Shown: one piece after another, positions 9,154-19,100 of the stretch
Numbering within the stretch: position 1 is the stretch's first letter
How the letters are laid out: the number at the start of each line of letters is the position of its first letter
Source of the DNA: Planctomycetota bacterium
Lineage (GTDB): Bacteria > Planctomycetota > UBA8108 > SXIK01
DNA: 64,000 bases
Assembly: GCA_965223845.1 (NCBI GenBank)
Contig: CBDCXR010000004.1
Coordinates: forward strand, 3,936,001-4,000,000
Direction of reading: 5' to 3'
Notes under the pieces: model-generated
Databases searched by the model: none
What the model was told of the DNA's origin: nothing
What the model saw: only the letters and a program-made list of their open reading frames with translations
Program-made: the position numbers and the translations under genes

Positions 9154-9969
9154 TCAGGCCGGCCGCTCCGCCTCGGACAACTGTCGAAGCCCCTGCTCGC
9201 ACACGACCGGGATGTCGTCTCGCGTCGCGTAGGCGCGGTTGCGCTTGGCGATGTCCTTCGTCTTCGTCGGCTCCACGGGATGCCACATGTGCATGACGAG
9301 CGCGGTGCCGTAGAGCGAGTACGGCCGGACGCCGACGCGGCGGAGACGCTCTCGCACGTCGCCGTCCGCCGAACCCCAGCCCGTGAATTGCTCGTCGTAG
9401 CCGTTGATCTCGTAGAGCCGCTCGCGCGAGCACGAGTAGTTGAGGCCCATGTTGTGCGGGCGACGTGGCTTCCGGCGGAAGATCTCCCACGCGGCCTTGG
9501 TGCGCTTGCGAAACACTTCGATCTTCCGGGCTCGCGTGTAAAGCCGGAGGAACTCGCCGGTCGCGACGGACTCGCGCGTCAGGCGTTCGGTCTCGTCCTC
9601 TTCGAGCCGGAAGTACCCGCCGCAGAGGAGGCGATCGGCCGCGGCATGACGATGATGCTGCTCGACCAGATCGGGAAAGGCGAGCGAATCGCAGTCGCTG
9701 AAGAGGATCCAGTCCCCGTCGCTCGCGGCGATCCCTCGATTGAGAATCGCAGCCCGGCGATGCCCCGCGTGCTCCTGCCGAACGTACTTGAGATCGATCG
9801 CGGGCGCTCGCACGCGAAAGGCCTCGACGACCTCCGGCGTGTCATCCGTCGAGCCGTCGTCGGCGACGACGATCTCGAACCGAGAATCGGTCTGACGCGT
9901 GTAGCTCTCGAGGGCGAGATCGAGCAGATACCCGCGGTTGTAGGTGTTGAGGATGACGGACGTCTTCAT
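9154..9969 (-). CDS. Glycosyltransferase family 2
   Basis: SVILNTYN, VADDGSTD, FSDCD (DxD), INGYDEQFTGWGSADGD. Confidence 0.9.
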   Translation of the reverse strand: MKTSVILNTYNRGYLLDLALESYTRQTDSRFEIVVADDGSTDDTPEVVEAFRVRAPAIDLKYVRQEHAGHRRAAILNRGIAASDGDWILFSDCDSLAFPDLVEQHHRHAAADRLLCGGYFRLEEDETERLTRESVATGEFLRLYTRARKIEVFRKRTKAAWEIFRRKPRRPHNMGLNYSCSRERLYEINGYDEQFTGWGSADGDVRERLRRVGVRPYSLYGTALVMHMWHPVEPTKTKDIAKRNRAYATRDDIPVVCEQGLRQLSEAERPA

Positions 9970-10137
9970 CGCGGCGATCGTCGGCGTCTGATCGTACGGC
10001 TCCAGCGAGCCGCATTCTCTTCGAATCGCGACGCGAATGCCACCGAGCCGACGCGAAAGAGAAACGGGCCCGAGTCGATCGCTCGACTCGAGCCCGTTTC
10101 CGTCACGTGGCGGCCGAAAGTGAGCCTCTGCTCGAGA

Positions 10138-12480
10138 TCACTCCCAGCAGACGTGCGGATCGAAGGTCGGATCTTGACCCGCGGCCACCGGGCCCGGTGC
10201 CGGCGGCTCGTCACCGTCGGCGAAGAGCCAGAGGAGGGAGTGGACCGGATCCGATACGTCCACCGAACCGTCGTCGTTCGAATCGAGCCGATCGAGGCAG
10301 CGAAGGCCGAGCGGCCCGCCGCCGCGCGAGAAGAGCCCGTTCAAGGTGTTGATCGCGTCGGCGACGTCGACTCCACCGTCGAGGTTCGAATCGCCGCGAC
10401 GGAACGGTCGCGGCGGAGCGAAGCGGGCCATCTCGACCCAGTCTTCGAGCTCGCCGAGGCCGACCGTGCAGCGCGCGGTGAAATCGAGGACGAAGAGGTC
10501 GCACTCCTCGGCCGTCCCGCCCTGGGCGAGACAAATCGCGCGGAGGTCCGCACCGCGCTCGGCGCAGAGGGCGTCGGCGGGCAGCAGCCCGACGTCGAGA
10601 CCTCCGGCCATTCCGTCCCCGTCGCCGCCGTCTCCACCATCGTCGCCATCGTCGTCGCAAACCGCGCCGCAGCGCGCGAGGAAACCGTCGACGAGAGCCG
10701 CGCAGTCCTCCTCGCTCCCACCGCGCGAAGCGCAGGCGTCGGCGAGGCGAGCGGCCGCGGCTTCGCAGCGGTCGACGCACGGAGGCGGCGCGGGCGGCTC
10801 ACCGTCACAAGCGGACGAGCAGCCTTCGAGAATCCGATTCCCGAGCTCGGCGCACTCCTCCTCGGAACCGCCGGACTCGGCGCAGCGCGCCATCGCCTCG
10901 CGGGCGATTTGCGCACATCGCTCTTCGCAGGGAAGAGGATCCTCGCCGGCACAGCGAGCGAGGCACACGTCGAGGAATGCGTCAGCCTTGGCGCGACACT
11001 CTTCGGCGTCGCCACCATCGTCCACGCAGGAAGCGAACATGCGCTCCGAGACGTCGCCGCAGCGATCGTCGCAGCTCGGCGGTTGGGGCGGCTCGGGTCG
11101 CTCACAAGCGGCCGCGCACTCCTCAGCGAACTCGGCGGCCTTCGCATCGCATTCGCCCGGATCACCGCCGTCGGCGAGACAGGCCTCACGTACCGCGTCG
11201 GCGCGCCGCGCGCAGCGATCTTCGCAGGTCGGCGGCATCGGCGGCGGCTCTGCGCAGCCTCGGTTGCACGCGGCGAGGAACTTCGCGATGCGCGCTTCGC
11301 ACTCTTCCTCGCTCAACCCGAGTGCACTGCAGAGCCGACCGAGAGCCGGCACTGCGCGATCGCAGCGACTCCCGCAGTCCGGTGGGAACGAACGACGGCA
11401 CTGCCGCACGCACTCGTCGCGAAGAGCGCGCCCTTCGACCTCACAGACCTCAGCTTCTCCGCCGTCCGCGATGCACTGCTCGACCGCGTCGGCCGCGAGA
11501 TCGCTGCATTCGCGTCCGCACGAGGGAGGCGCCGGCGGTCCGTCGCACCGCCCGAGGCAAGCCTCGAGTGCGGTGTCGGCTCGTGCCGCGCACTCTTCCG
11601 CGTCTCCGCCGGCGTCCATGCATGCGGTCACGATGTGATCCCGCACCCTGGCGCAGCGGTCTTCGCAAGTCGGCGGCTCGGGACGATCGCGATCCCCACG
11701 ATCATCGCAAGCGTCGAGACAGCCGCGCAGCGCTTCCTCGGCCGCCGCGGCGCATTCCGCCGGATCACCGCCCGCCTCGAGACACTCGGCCAGACCGGCC
11801 TTGCTCTCCTGACCGCAGAGACCCGCGCACGACGGCGCGTGGAGCCCCTCGCAACCGCGGTGGCAGCTCTCGCGGACTCGCGCTGCGATCGCCTCGCACT
11901 CTTCACCATCGCGTCCGGTGAGCTCGCAAGCGGCCGCGACTGCTGCCGCCGCGCGGTCACAACGATCCTCACACGAGGGTGGAGTCCCGACGCATTCAGC
12001 GAGACACATCTCGAGGTGCGCCGCCGCGTTCGCTTCGCACTCGGCCGGATCGCCGCCTTCGCCCACGCAGGCTTCGCGCATCGCAGCCGCATTCGCGGCG
12101 CACGTCGACGGACAGTCCGGTGGAATCGGTCGATCGCAGAACGCGAGGCACGCGCCCACGGCCTCCTCGACCTTCGCGGCGCATTCTTCTTCCGTGCCGC
12201 CGAGACGCTCGCACATCGTCGCGACGCGCTCGCCGAGCGCTTCGCAAGTCGACGCGCAGTGGACTCCCGGATCGACCGGGTCACCCCCGTCGCACCGCTC
12301 GCGCAGGGCATCGGCCGCCGCGGCACATTCTTCCGGCGTTCCGCCGCGGCGCTCACACTGCGCCTGGAGCGCGTCGGCTGCCTCGTCGCAGTCGATCACG
12401 AACTGGGCCTCGAGCGCGGTCGCGCTGAAGCCAACAATCAAGACTGCACTGCAGAGCGCAGCAGGGATCGAGATTCTCAT
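10138..12480 (-). CDS. Secreted cysteine-rich repeat protein with C-terminal dockerin-like domain
   Basis: Start reassigned to ATG 12480 (GAGGAGG RBS; signal peptide MRISIPAALCSAVLIVGFSATALEA). Contains 11 Cx3Cx10Cx9Cx10Cx3C repeats and FRRGDSNLDGGVDVAD...DSNDDGSVDVSD. Confidence 0.85.
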   Translation of the reverse strand: MRISIPAALCSAVLIVGFSATALEAQFVIDCDEAADALQAQCERRGGTPEECAAAADALRERCDGGDPVDPGVHCASTCEALGERVATMCERLGGTEEECAAKVEEAVGACLAFCDRPIPPDCPSTCAANAAAMREACVGEGGDPAECEANAAAHLEMCLAECVGTPPSCEDRCDRAAAAVAAACELTGRDGEECEAIAARVRESCHRGCEGLHAPSCAGLCGQESKAGLAECLEAGGDPAECAAAAEEALRGCLDACDDRGDRDRPEPPTCEDRCARVRDHIVTACMDAGGDAEECAARADTALEACLGRCDGPPAPPSCGRECSDLAADAVEQCIADGGEAEVCEVEGRALRDECVRQCRRSFPPDCGSRCDRAVPALGRLCSALGLSEEECEARIAKFLAACNRGCAEPPPMPPTCEDRCARRADAVREACLADGGDPGECDAKAAEFAEECAAACERPEPPQPPSCDDRCGDVSERMFASCVDDGGDAEECRAKADAFLDVCLARCAGEDPLPCEERCAQIAREAMARCAESGGSEEECAELGNRILEGCSSACDGEPPAPPPCVDRCEAAAARLADACASRGGSEEDCAALVDGFLARCGAVCDDDGDDGGDGGDGDGMAGGLDVGLLPADALCAERGADLRAICLAQGGTAEECDLFVLDFTARCTVGLGELEDWVEMARFAPPRPFRRGDSNLDGGVDVADAINTLNGLFSRGGGPLGLRCLDRLDSNDDGSVDVSDPVHSLLWLFADGDEPPAPGPVAAGQDPTFDPHVCWE

Positions 12481-12608
12481 GGATTCCTCCTCGGGTCGTT
12501 CCCGACGGTTCATTCCGTTCGCTTTGTGCTCGCTCGTCGTACGCCCCGGCGCGCCTGGGCGCGCCGTCAATCGACGCCGCTGGGACGTCATCACCCACAT
12601 ACTCTTGT

Positions 12609-12624
12609 AGCAAACACGAGACCA
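12609..12624 (-). promoter_or_regulatory. Possible sigma-54 (-24/-12) promoter for the Cys-repeat gene
   Basis: Minus strand TGGTCTCGTGTTTGCT has exact GG-N10-GC spacing and lies about 130 bp upstream of ATG 12480. It deviates from the CACG consensus. Confidence 0.35.
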
Positions 12625-12791
12625 CGGCGTCGTTTCCCGTCGCAACGTCAATGGTATCAGGAAGTTCGATTCCGGCGATCCCGTCGCAGCGTCAGGCTGT
12701 CTTTACACTGCGTTTCTCGCTCCTTGAAGAGATTGTTCCCGGAGCGAAACCGAACAGACTCCGAACGAGCGGCTCCCGACTGAGACGCCGT

Positions 12792-13136
12792 TCAGTCGTC
12801 GTCGCGGCCCGACGTCCGCGTCAAGTTGAGGCCGGCGATCCGCACCACGCGCCGCTTCGCGACTTCGAGCGCGTAAAACTCGAGCACTTTGTGATGCTGG
12901 CGCGGCGAAAACCGGTACGGGCGCGGATGGCGAACGATGCCGAACTCGATGCGTTCAACGGTGTCGCCCTCGCCGAGCTCCCAGCCCTGGACTACGCAGC
13001 GCGGAGCGTGTCGGGGCTTGAGGGATGTGCCCGCGAGCGACTTCGGATCGCGGAGCGCCTCGTCGAGCGTGCGAACGACGAGACGTTCGACCTCTCGTCT
13101 CCGGCGTCGTTTCGCCAGCCAACTCCGCAATCCCAT
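12792..13136 (-). CDS. Hypothetical protein (114 aa)
   Basis: Fills the gap between same-strand genes with protein-like composition; no family recognised. Confidence 0.6.
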   Translation of the reverse strand: MGLRSWLAKRRRRREVERLVVRTLDEALRDPKSLAGTSLKPRHAPRCVVQGWELGEGDTVERIEFGIVRHPRPYRFSPRQHHKVLEFYALEVAKRRVVRIAGLNLTRTSGRDDD

Positions 13137-13183
13137 CGCTCGGCTACGCTCGTTCGGGGAGAGATGAGGACTCTCCCCTCTTC

Positions 13184-13217
13184 AAAAGAAAAGGGCGGAG
13201 GCCAACGCCTCCGCCCT
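13184..13217 (-). terminator. Intrinsic terminator after the putative selenoprotein gene
   Basis: Perfect 11-bp stem AGGGCGGAGGC-caac-GCCTCCGCCCT followed on the minus strand by TTTCTTTT. Confidence 0.8.
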
Positions 13218-13270
13218 CGCTTGTCAACCGGCCGCAGCTCCGCGCCTCGTTGCGCGAAGGCGGACGACGG

Positions 13271-14167
13271 TCAGTCGCCCTTCTGGGGCTCGTCTTTTTT
13301 CTTCTTCTTGTATCCGCGAGCGTGCTCGGGCACGCCGTAGTTGTACTTGTACTGCTTGATCCCCATGTCGATGAACTTCGCCACATCGAAGGATTCAAAC
13401 GGTGCGAACGGTTGCTCGGCGAGCCGCTCGTGGAGGACTTGGTCCGCGGTCTTGAGCGACCCCGTGACAAAGCCTTTCTCGCGCTTGAAGTCGCTCTCTT
13501 TCCGCTTCGCGATATTGCTGTAATCGAATCCCTGCAGCTTGCTCACGCGACTCATGGACTCCGCGTTCACGTACGCCTGCTGGAGATGGAAGTCGAGGAA
13601 CTTCTCGTTCTTCTCCGCGCGCGAAAACTTCTTCGAGACGTAGAGCCTCCCAAGCTTCACGGCGAGCTTGGCCTCCTCGAGGAAGTGAACCGGATTCCAG
13701 TAGCCCGGGAGCGCGTTGAGGATGCGTCCGTCCGGCGTCATGAAGAACATCTGGACGTTGTGATGTCCCGACGAGTTGTTGACGTTCATCGCCGGGTAAT
13801 GCGGGAGGTGTTTGTTCGACTTTCCCGCGTACGGGAGCTTCCCCTCGATGTTCGTCCAGCCGCGGACGAAATACTTATCGAGGAGTGCGTCGACCTTTTC
13901 GTGAGAGAGCGTCACGGCCCTCAGGGAGTGCCCGGCGCTTCACAAGCCGCCGCCGAGCTCACCGACGATCTGAAGCCAGAAAATCAGCTTCTTCTCGTCC
14001 GTCGCTCGCTTCTTGAGGGCGTCGAGATCTTTCTGCCACGCCTCCTTCTCGACGACGATCGTCGTCCGCTTGGAGACGTCGCTGCCGCTGACGTGGCGTT
14101 CCACGTTTTGCGCCGCGAGCGTTCCCCCGGAGAGGACGAGCGCGGACATCAGCGCGAGAGTCTTCAT
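13271..14167 (-). CDS. Putative exported selenoprotein (thioredoxin-like, SelN-like; in-frame TGA at 13940-13942), 298 aa
   Basis: ORFs 13940..14167 and 13271..13915 are in the same frame, joined by TGA plus 8 sense codons: ...FWLQIVGELGGGL*SAGHSLRAVTLSHEKVDALLDKYFVRGW. Signal peptide, GGAG RBS and a single downstream terminator. Confidence 0.75.
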
Positions 14168-14247
14168 AAGTTGGGCTCCACTGGTCAGATCCGCAAGCGG
14201 CGACCGAGGGCGTCCGCAGTGCGAAAGATTCCCATCCGGATCCTCTC

Positions 14248-14276
14248 AGCCTAAGGGAGAGAACTGCCCACTCCAA
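14248..14276 (-). promoter_or_regulatory. Possible sigma-70-type promoter
   Basis: TTGGAG-N17-TAGGCT on the minus strand, about 80 bp upstream of ATG 14167. Confidence 0.35.
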
Positions 14277-14290
14277 CGACGATCGCGGGC

Positions 14291-15919
14291 TCAGCGGGCG
14301 TTTTCCTCTGCCCACCACGCCTTCCAATCGCTCGCTTTTTCCCCTAAGTCTTTGCCGGCGATAGCGATAAGGGCCTGGTGAACCGCGTTCCTCAGTCGCC
14401 CTTCGGAGACCCCGAGACGCTGGATGAGAGCGGGGACCGCGAGACGGCTCCGGCTCGTTTCGAACGCGGCGGCGAGCGCGAGCCGCTGGTCGACGTCCCT
14501 ATCGGAGGAAAACCGGAGGACGAGTTGGCGCACCGCATCCTCATCGCGGAACTGGGCGATTCCGCCCGCCACCGCGGCGAGAAGTGCGACGAGGCGTTCG
14601 CGCTGCCTTTCCTTGATCTCGACCTTCTTCTCCGAGAGCTCGAGGTTCCGCTGCAGCTTCTCGATCTCGGGGCTCGGTGCGTAGCGCGATCCTTCGCGCT
14701 TGCTCGATCCCTCTCCGTTTTCCCCGCCGCGCAGCTTGTCGGCCTGAGCGACGAGCGTCTTCGCTCGGCGCTTGAGGAAAGCGACGGTGCGATCGAGGTC
14801 GACGAGGAGATCGCGACCGTGGCGATGGACATCGAGCAGTCCGTCGGCCGCGCGCTTTCCGCGCGAGCCGCTCAGTTGCGCAAGCTCGGGCTCGAGCGAC
14901 TCCGGGACGGCTTCCGGGGAAGCGTAGTCGTCGATCTTCTCCGAGAGCGCGGCGACGAGATCGCGCACTTCGCTCGCCGACAGCACGGGCCCCGGCGTCT
15001 TGCGCTGAACCATCGCGGTCGCTGCGTCGTCGTCCGGAGCGCGAGAATCGGCGCTGCTCACGCCCGGGACGATCGTCGTCGTCGCCCGCCTCTCGGCCGA
15101 GCTCCGTGCGGCCGCGAGCTCTTCGGCGAGCTCTTCCCGCTCGACGTGCGCGGCCGTGAGGCTCGCCTTCATCTCATCGAGCTGCGCGCGAATTGTTTCG
15201 ATCTCGCCTTCACGGCCGGCCTCGAGCGTCTGCCGGAGAAGTGCGAGCTCATTTTGATACTTTCGCTCGAGATCTCGAAGCGAGCGCTCGCGTTCCTGAA
15301 GCTTGCCCTGGAGCGCCGCGAAGCGCGCTTCGTCGTTGAGCGCTCGCCTCTCGGCTTCGAGTTGACGTGCCGACTCCGGCGAGAGCGACGACGCAGAAGA
15401 GCGGTCCTCCGTCAGACCGGGGTCGCGATTCCGCGAGACGATCGACCAGGCGATGAGGCCGACGACGGTCACGGCTCCCGCGACGACTCCGATCGTCGCG
15501 AGCGCCCCCGAAGACTCCGAACTCACCCGACTGCCCGCGCGTCTCGGGGAACGCCCGGCGGCGGCTCTCGCGCTCGCTCCCCCCGCCTTGAACCGAAACT
15601 GGAGTCGCCCGAACCGGACGACGTCGCCGTCGCGAAGACGCTGGCCCTCGGAACGCGCGCCGTTGACGCGCGTCGGATTGTGGCTGTCCCCCGCCTCCAC
15701 CACGACCACGTTGCCGTCGCGAATGAGCACGCAATGCCGGCGCGAGACGGTCGTGTCGGCGAGCTCGAGGTCGCACTCCGGAGACCGACCGACGACGGTT
15801 CTCCCCTCGGTGAGAACGTGAACGAGCTCCTCGTTCCCGTCTTCGTCTCCGCTGATCAGCACGAGACGCGGCTCTTGGCTGGACATGAAGCGAACCTCGG
15901 AGTCGGATCTCTTCCCCAT
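14291..15919 (-). CDS. FHA domain, single TM, coiled-coil and HEAT-repeat protein
   Basis: VGRSPECDLELADTTVSRRHC...NPTRVNG (FHA); TM IGVVAGAVTVVGLIAW; heptad region; AVPALIQRL...ALIAIAGKDLG..DWKAWW terminus. Confidence 0.8.
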   Translation of the reverse strand: MGKRSDSEVRFMSSQEPRLVLISGDEDGNEELVHVLTEGRTVVGRSPECDLELADTTVSRRHCVLIRDGNVVVVEAGDSHNPTRVNGARSEGQRLRDGDVVRFGRLQFRFKAGGASARAAAGRSPRRAGSRVSSESSGALATIGVVAGAVTVVGLIAWSIVSRNRDPGLTEDRSSASSLSPESARQLEAERRALNDEARFAALQGKLQERERSLRDLERKYQNELALLRQTLEAGREGEIETIRAQLDEMKASLTAAHVEREELAEELAAARSSAERRATTTIVPGVSSADSRAPDDDAATAMVQRKTPGPVLSASEVRDLVAALSEKIDDYASPEAVPESLEPELAQLSGSRGKRAADGLLDVHRHGRDLLVDLDRTVAFLKRRAKTLVAQADKLRGGENGEGSSKREGSRYAPSPEIEKLQRNLELSEKKVEIKERQRERLVALLAAVAGGIAQFRDEDAVRQLVLRFSSDRDVDQRLALAAAFETSRSRLAVPALIQRLGVSEGRLRNAVHQALIAIAGKDLGEKASDWKAWWAEENAR

Positions 15920-16157
15920 CTCTTCGTCGCCGCGACGGATCGCGGGCTACGTTCGCCTGAGTCGATGGCCAGTCTAGCCTAACCTCTTCGGGGACGATCG
16001 CCAACTCGCCGCCGGTCGCCGGGGGGCGAGACCCACCGGAATCGCGCCGCCGCGCTGGGCGCGAGAACGCGCGTTGCGCTAGGATCGATCGCGTTCTGTC
16101 ACTCTTCGATGGTGTAAGTCTCCTTCAGTTGTGGTCCCCGTCGGAGGAAGTACGACC

Positions 16158-19100
16158 ATGTTTCGCGCCGGAGTTTCGTTCTTAGCATTTTCGTGCGGGT
16201 TCGCGTCGATCGTCCTCGCTTGCGGCACCCTGCGGGCGGGCTCGGGGAAGATCCACCCCGATGGAACGATGGATTTCGTCATCAACTATCGTTTCGTACC
16301 GACACCGGCCGATCTGACTCGACTGAAAGACGCTCTCCGCGGTGCGGCGGACATCATTTGCGATGCGACCGACGGAGAGATTCGCTTCGGCGAGATTCGG
16401 ATCACGGGAGGCGCCGTAGCGGAGGACGAAGCGGATATTTGGATTCTGCCGCAGAACGGACGGTCCGGTGTCACCACTTACTCCGACGGAAGCGGCCTCG
16501 GCCGGAACGGCGCGCACATTCGCCTCCACAACGACGATGTCGATGCGGGCATCATCGCACACGAGATCGGGCATCACGCGTTCGGCCTCGGTGAGCAATA
16601 CGACGAACAGCGCCGCTTCGGCGGAGCGTGCGGCATCGGGCGCGGCTTCGAGCTAACGGCGATCGACGACCGCAACAACTCGATCATGCAGCAATCCCCG
16701 GGAGCGTCCGAACTCTCGGTTGCCGCCAACCACGACCTCGTCCGCGGCGACAACGTCGTCTGTCCGGCCATCGTCGAAACTTCGATGATCGAGATCGACG
16801 CTCGACTGAATAGTTCGGCGACCATCGTCGCCTTTGATTCAACAGATTTCGACACGGCGAGGGCGACGAGCGACATCGTCGGCGAAGTTGAAGTCGTCGA
16901 TTCCATCGGAGCCGCGAACGAGCATGCGGTTCTCTTCTTTTTCGAACGTACGGGCTCGTCCGCTTGGTCGCTTCACGTCGGGATCGACGACGGCGACATC
17001 ACCGGTGGAACCGCCGGGGATCTGCGCATTCTGGCGACGATTGGCCTCACCTTCGACGCGACCGGAGCACTCGCGGGGATATTGCCCGCGTCGCCAACGT
17101 TCAAGATCGAAAACCTCACGAACGGAGCGGCGGACCTCGAGATCGCCCTCGACCTCGGGACACTCGGCGCGATGGACGGAGTGCGGGAAGGTGCGGGGAC
17201 GTCGGCGGTCCTGATGTCAGCAGGGGACGGATTTCCTCTTTGCTCGGACTCCGATTGCGCCCAGCGTTGGCACTCGACGAGAACACGCTTCGAGACGAGT
17301 GACCAAACGCTCTTTCAGGGCGACTCCGACTGGGAAACGTTGGTTCGCAACTATCCCTTCGTGACTCCTCCGACCGGCCTTCCTATCGCGGCGATGCCGG
17401 GGAACTGCCGCGAGAAGCTCTCCTTCGTGGAGGAAGTCGAGGGCTCCGACCAGGTGATGCTCTTCATCGATCGCTCCGGAAGCATGGACACTCCCGTCGA
17501 GAGCGGTTCCGATTCGACCCGGCTCGATTTCGCGCAGGCGGCCGCGCGAGCTTTCGTCGATCTTCAGCGAGGGCGAGGCACGGTCGTCGGACTCGTCTCG
17601 TTCGAAGAGTCGCCGCGACTCGACCGCGGACTCGGCGTTCTCAACGACACAGAAATCGAACCCTTGAAGACGACGATCAGCAATCTCGCCGCGGGAGGAA
17701 ACACCGGGATCGGTACGGCGCTGAACGCCGCGACGTTCGAGTTTCAACGCGTTGCCGCGGACGGCCGCATTCGGACTGCGTTCCTCCTCTCCGACGGCGA
17801 GAACAACCGCGGCGAGGATCCGGACGACGCCGCGGAGCGGCTTCGCGCGGAAGGCGTCCGGATCTTCACGGTTCCCGTCGGCTCCGGTGCCGATCGCGAC
17901 CTGCTCGAAGACATCGCCGCCGAGAGCGCCGGCGAAATGCTCGACGCACCCACTGGCGACGAGCTGCCCGCGATCTACTTCGAGCTCGCCGCTCGCATTC
18001 TGGGTCACTCGCTCGTCCTCCCTCGAACCGCGTCGGCAGTGGGCGACGGAGGAGACGGCGAGCCGCCGCGGAGCGAGGGCTTCGAGTTCCCGGTCGAGAT
18101 CGGAACGACGCATCTCAACGTGATCCTCTCGACCCGCAACTCACTCCTCGCGACGTGGACCCCCGAGTTCGAGCTCGTCGGCCCCGGGGGCGAGAGCATC
18201 CGGGAGCACGACACGGAGTTCGTAACGACCGACCCCTACTATCGGCTCATTCGTATTCCCGACCCGACTCCGGGAACGTGGGCTCTCATCGTCTCGAGCA
18301 GTGGCGGAGTGAATCAATTGTCCTTCGTCGCGGCCCACGCCGAAAACCCCGCACCGGATCTCTTCGTGAGCGCGGTACCCCGTCGAGCGACCGCCGCGGA
18401 CACGGTTTCGATCTCGGCGGCGGCGGCGTACGTCGCCGATCTCGATGACACGGTGATCTACGAGGGCTGGGTGAGGCGACCGGACGAGAGCGTCGTTCCG
18501 CTGGTGTTCTCGCGACACCCGGTCTCGGGCACTCTGGAAGCACCTTTCAACGCCTACGTCGGACGGGGAACGTACGACGTGATCGTCACCGCGCTCGCCG
18601 GCCCGCGGACGCACGTCGCGCCCGGCGAGCCGATTTTTCCCGGCCCGGCGGTACCCGATATCCACGTCGAGCCGTTCGCTCGCGCCGCGAGGACGAGCTT
18701 CTTTCTCGACGTAAGCACGTTTCCCCCGTGCCGGAGTCCCGATTGCGACGGCGACGGGATCCCGAACGAAACCGAGACCGAGGACGATCGAGACGGCGAT
18801 GGCCTCCCGAATGATCGCGACGACGACGCCGACGGCGACGACGTTCCCGACGTCCACGAGGGTGACGTCGACTCGGACGGCGACGGCATTCCCGACTACC
18901 TCGATCCCGACTCCGACAACGACGGAATCCCCGACGGCGAAGATCCGACGCGCACTCAGCCCGATCGAAAGTTCCGGCGGGCGGATGCGAACACCGACGG
19001 ATCGCTCAACATCGCGGATCCCATCTTCACCCTGAACGCTCTGTTCCAGGCCGCAGCGCCTCCGCTTCCTTGCGACGACGCCGCGGACGCGAACGACGAC

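Noticed and set aside
10450-12400. Periodic DNA similarity suggesting a CRISPR or DNA repeat array
   Set aside because: The periodicity is the protein-level Cys repeat; there are no identical direct repeats with unique spacers.
9079-12783. 1234-aa plus-strand ORF
   Set aside because: Antisense shadow of the GT2 and Cys-repeat genes; Arg/Ala-rich with no motifs, while the minus strand has clear families and RBSs.
13940-13942. Genome-wide UGA reassignment (code 4/25) as the explanation for the in-frame TGA
   Set aside because: Many well-conserved genes here (ligA, trpS, hemF, lemA, tex) end properly at TGA, so any read-through must be site-specific.
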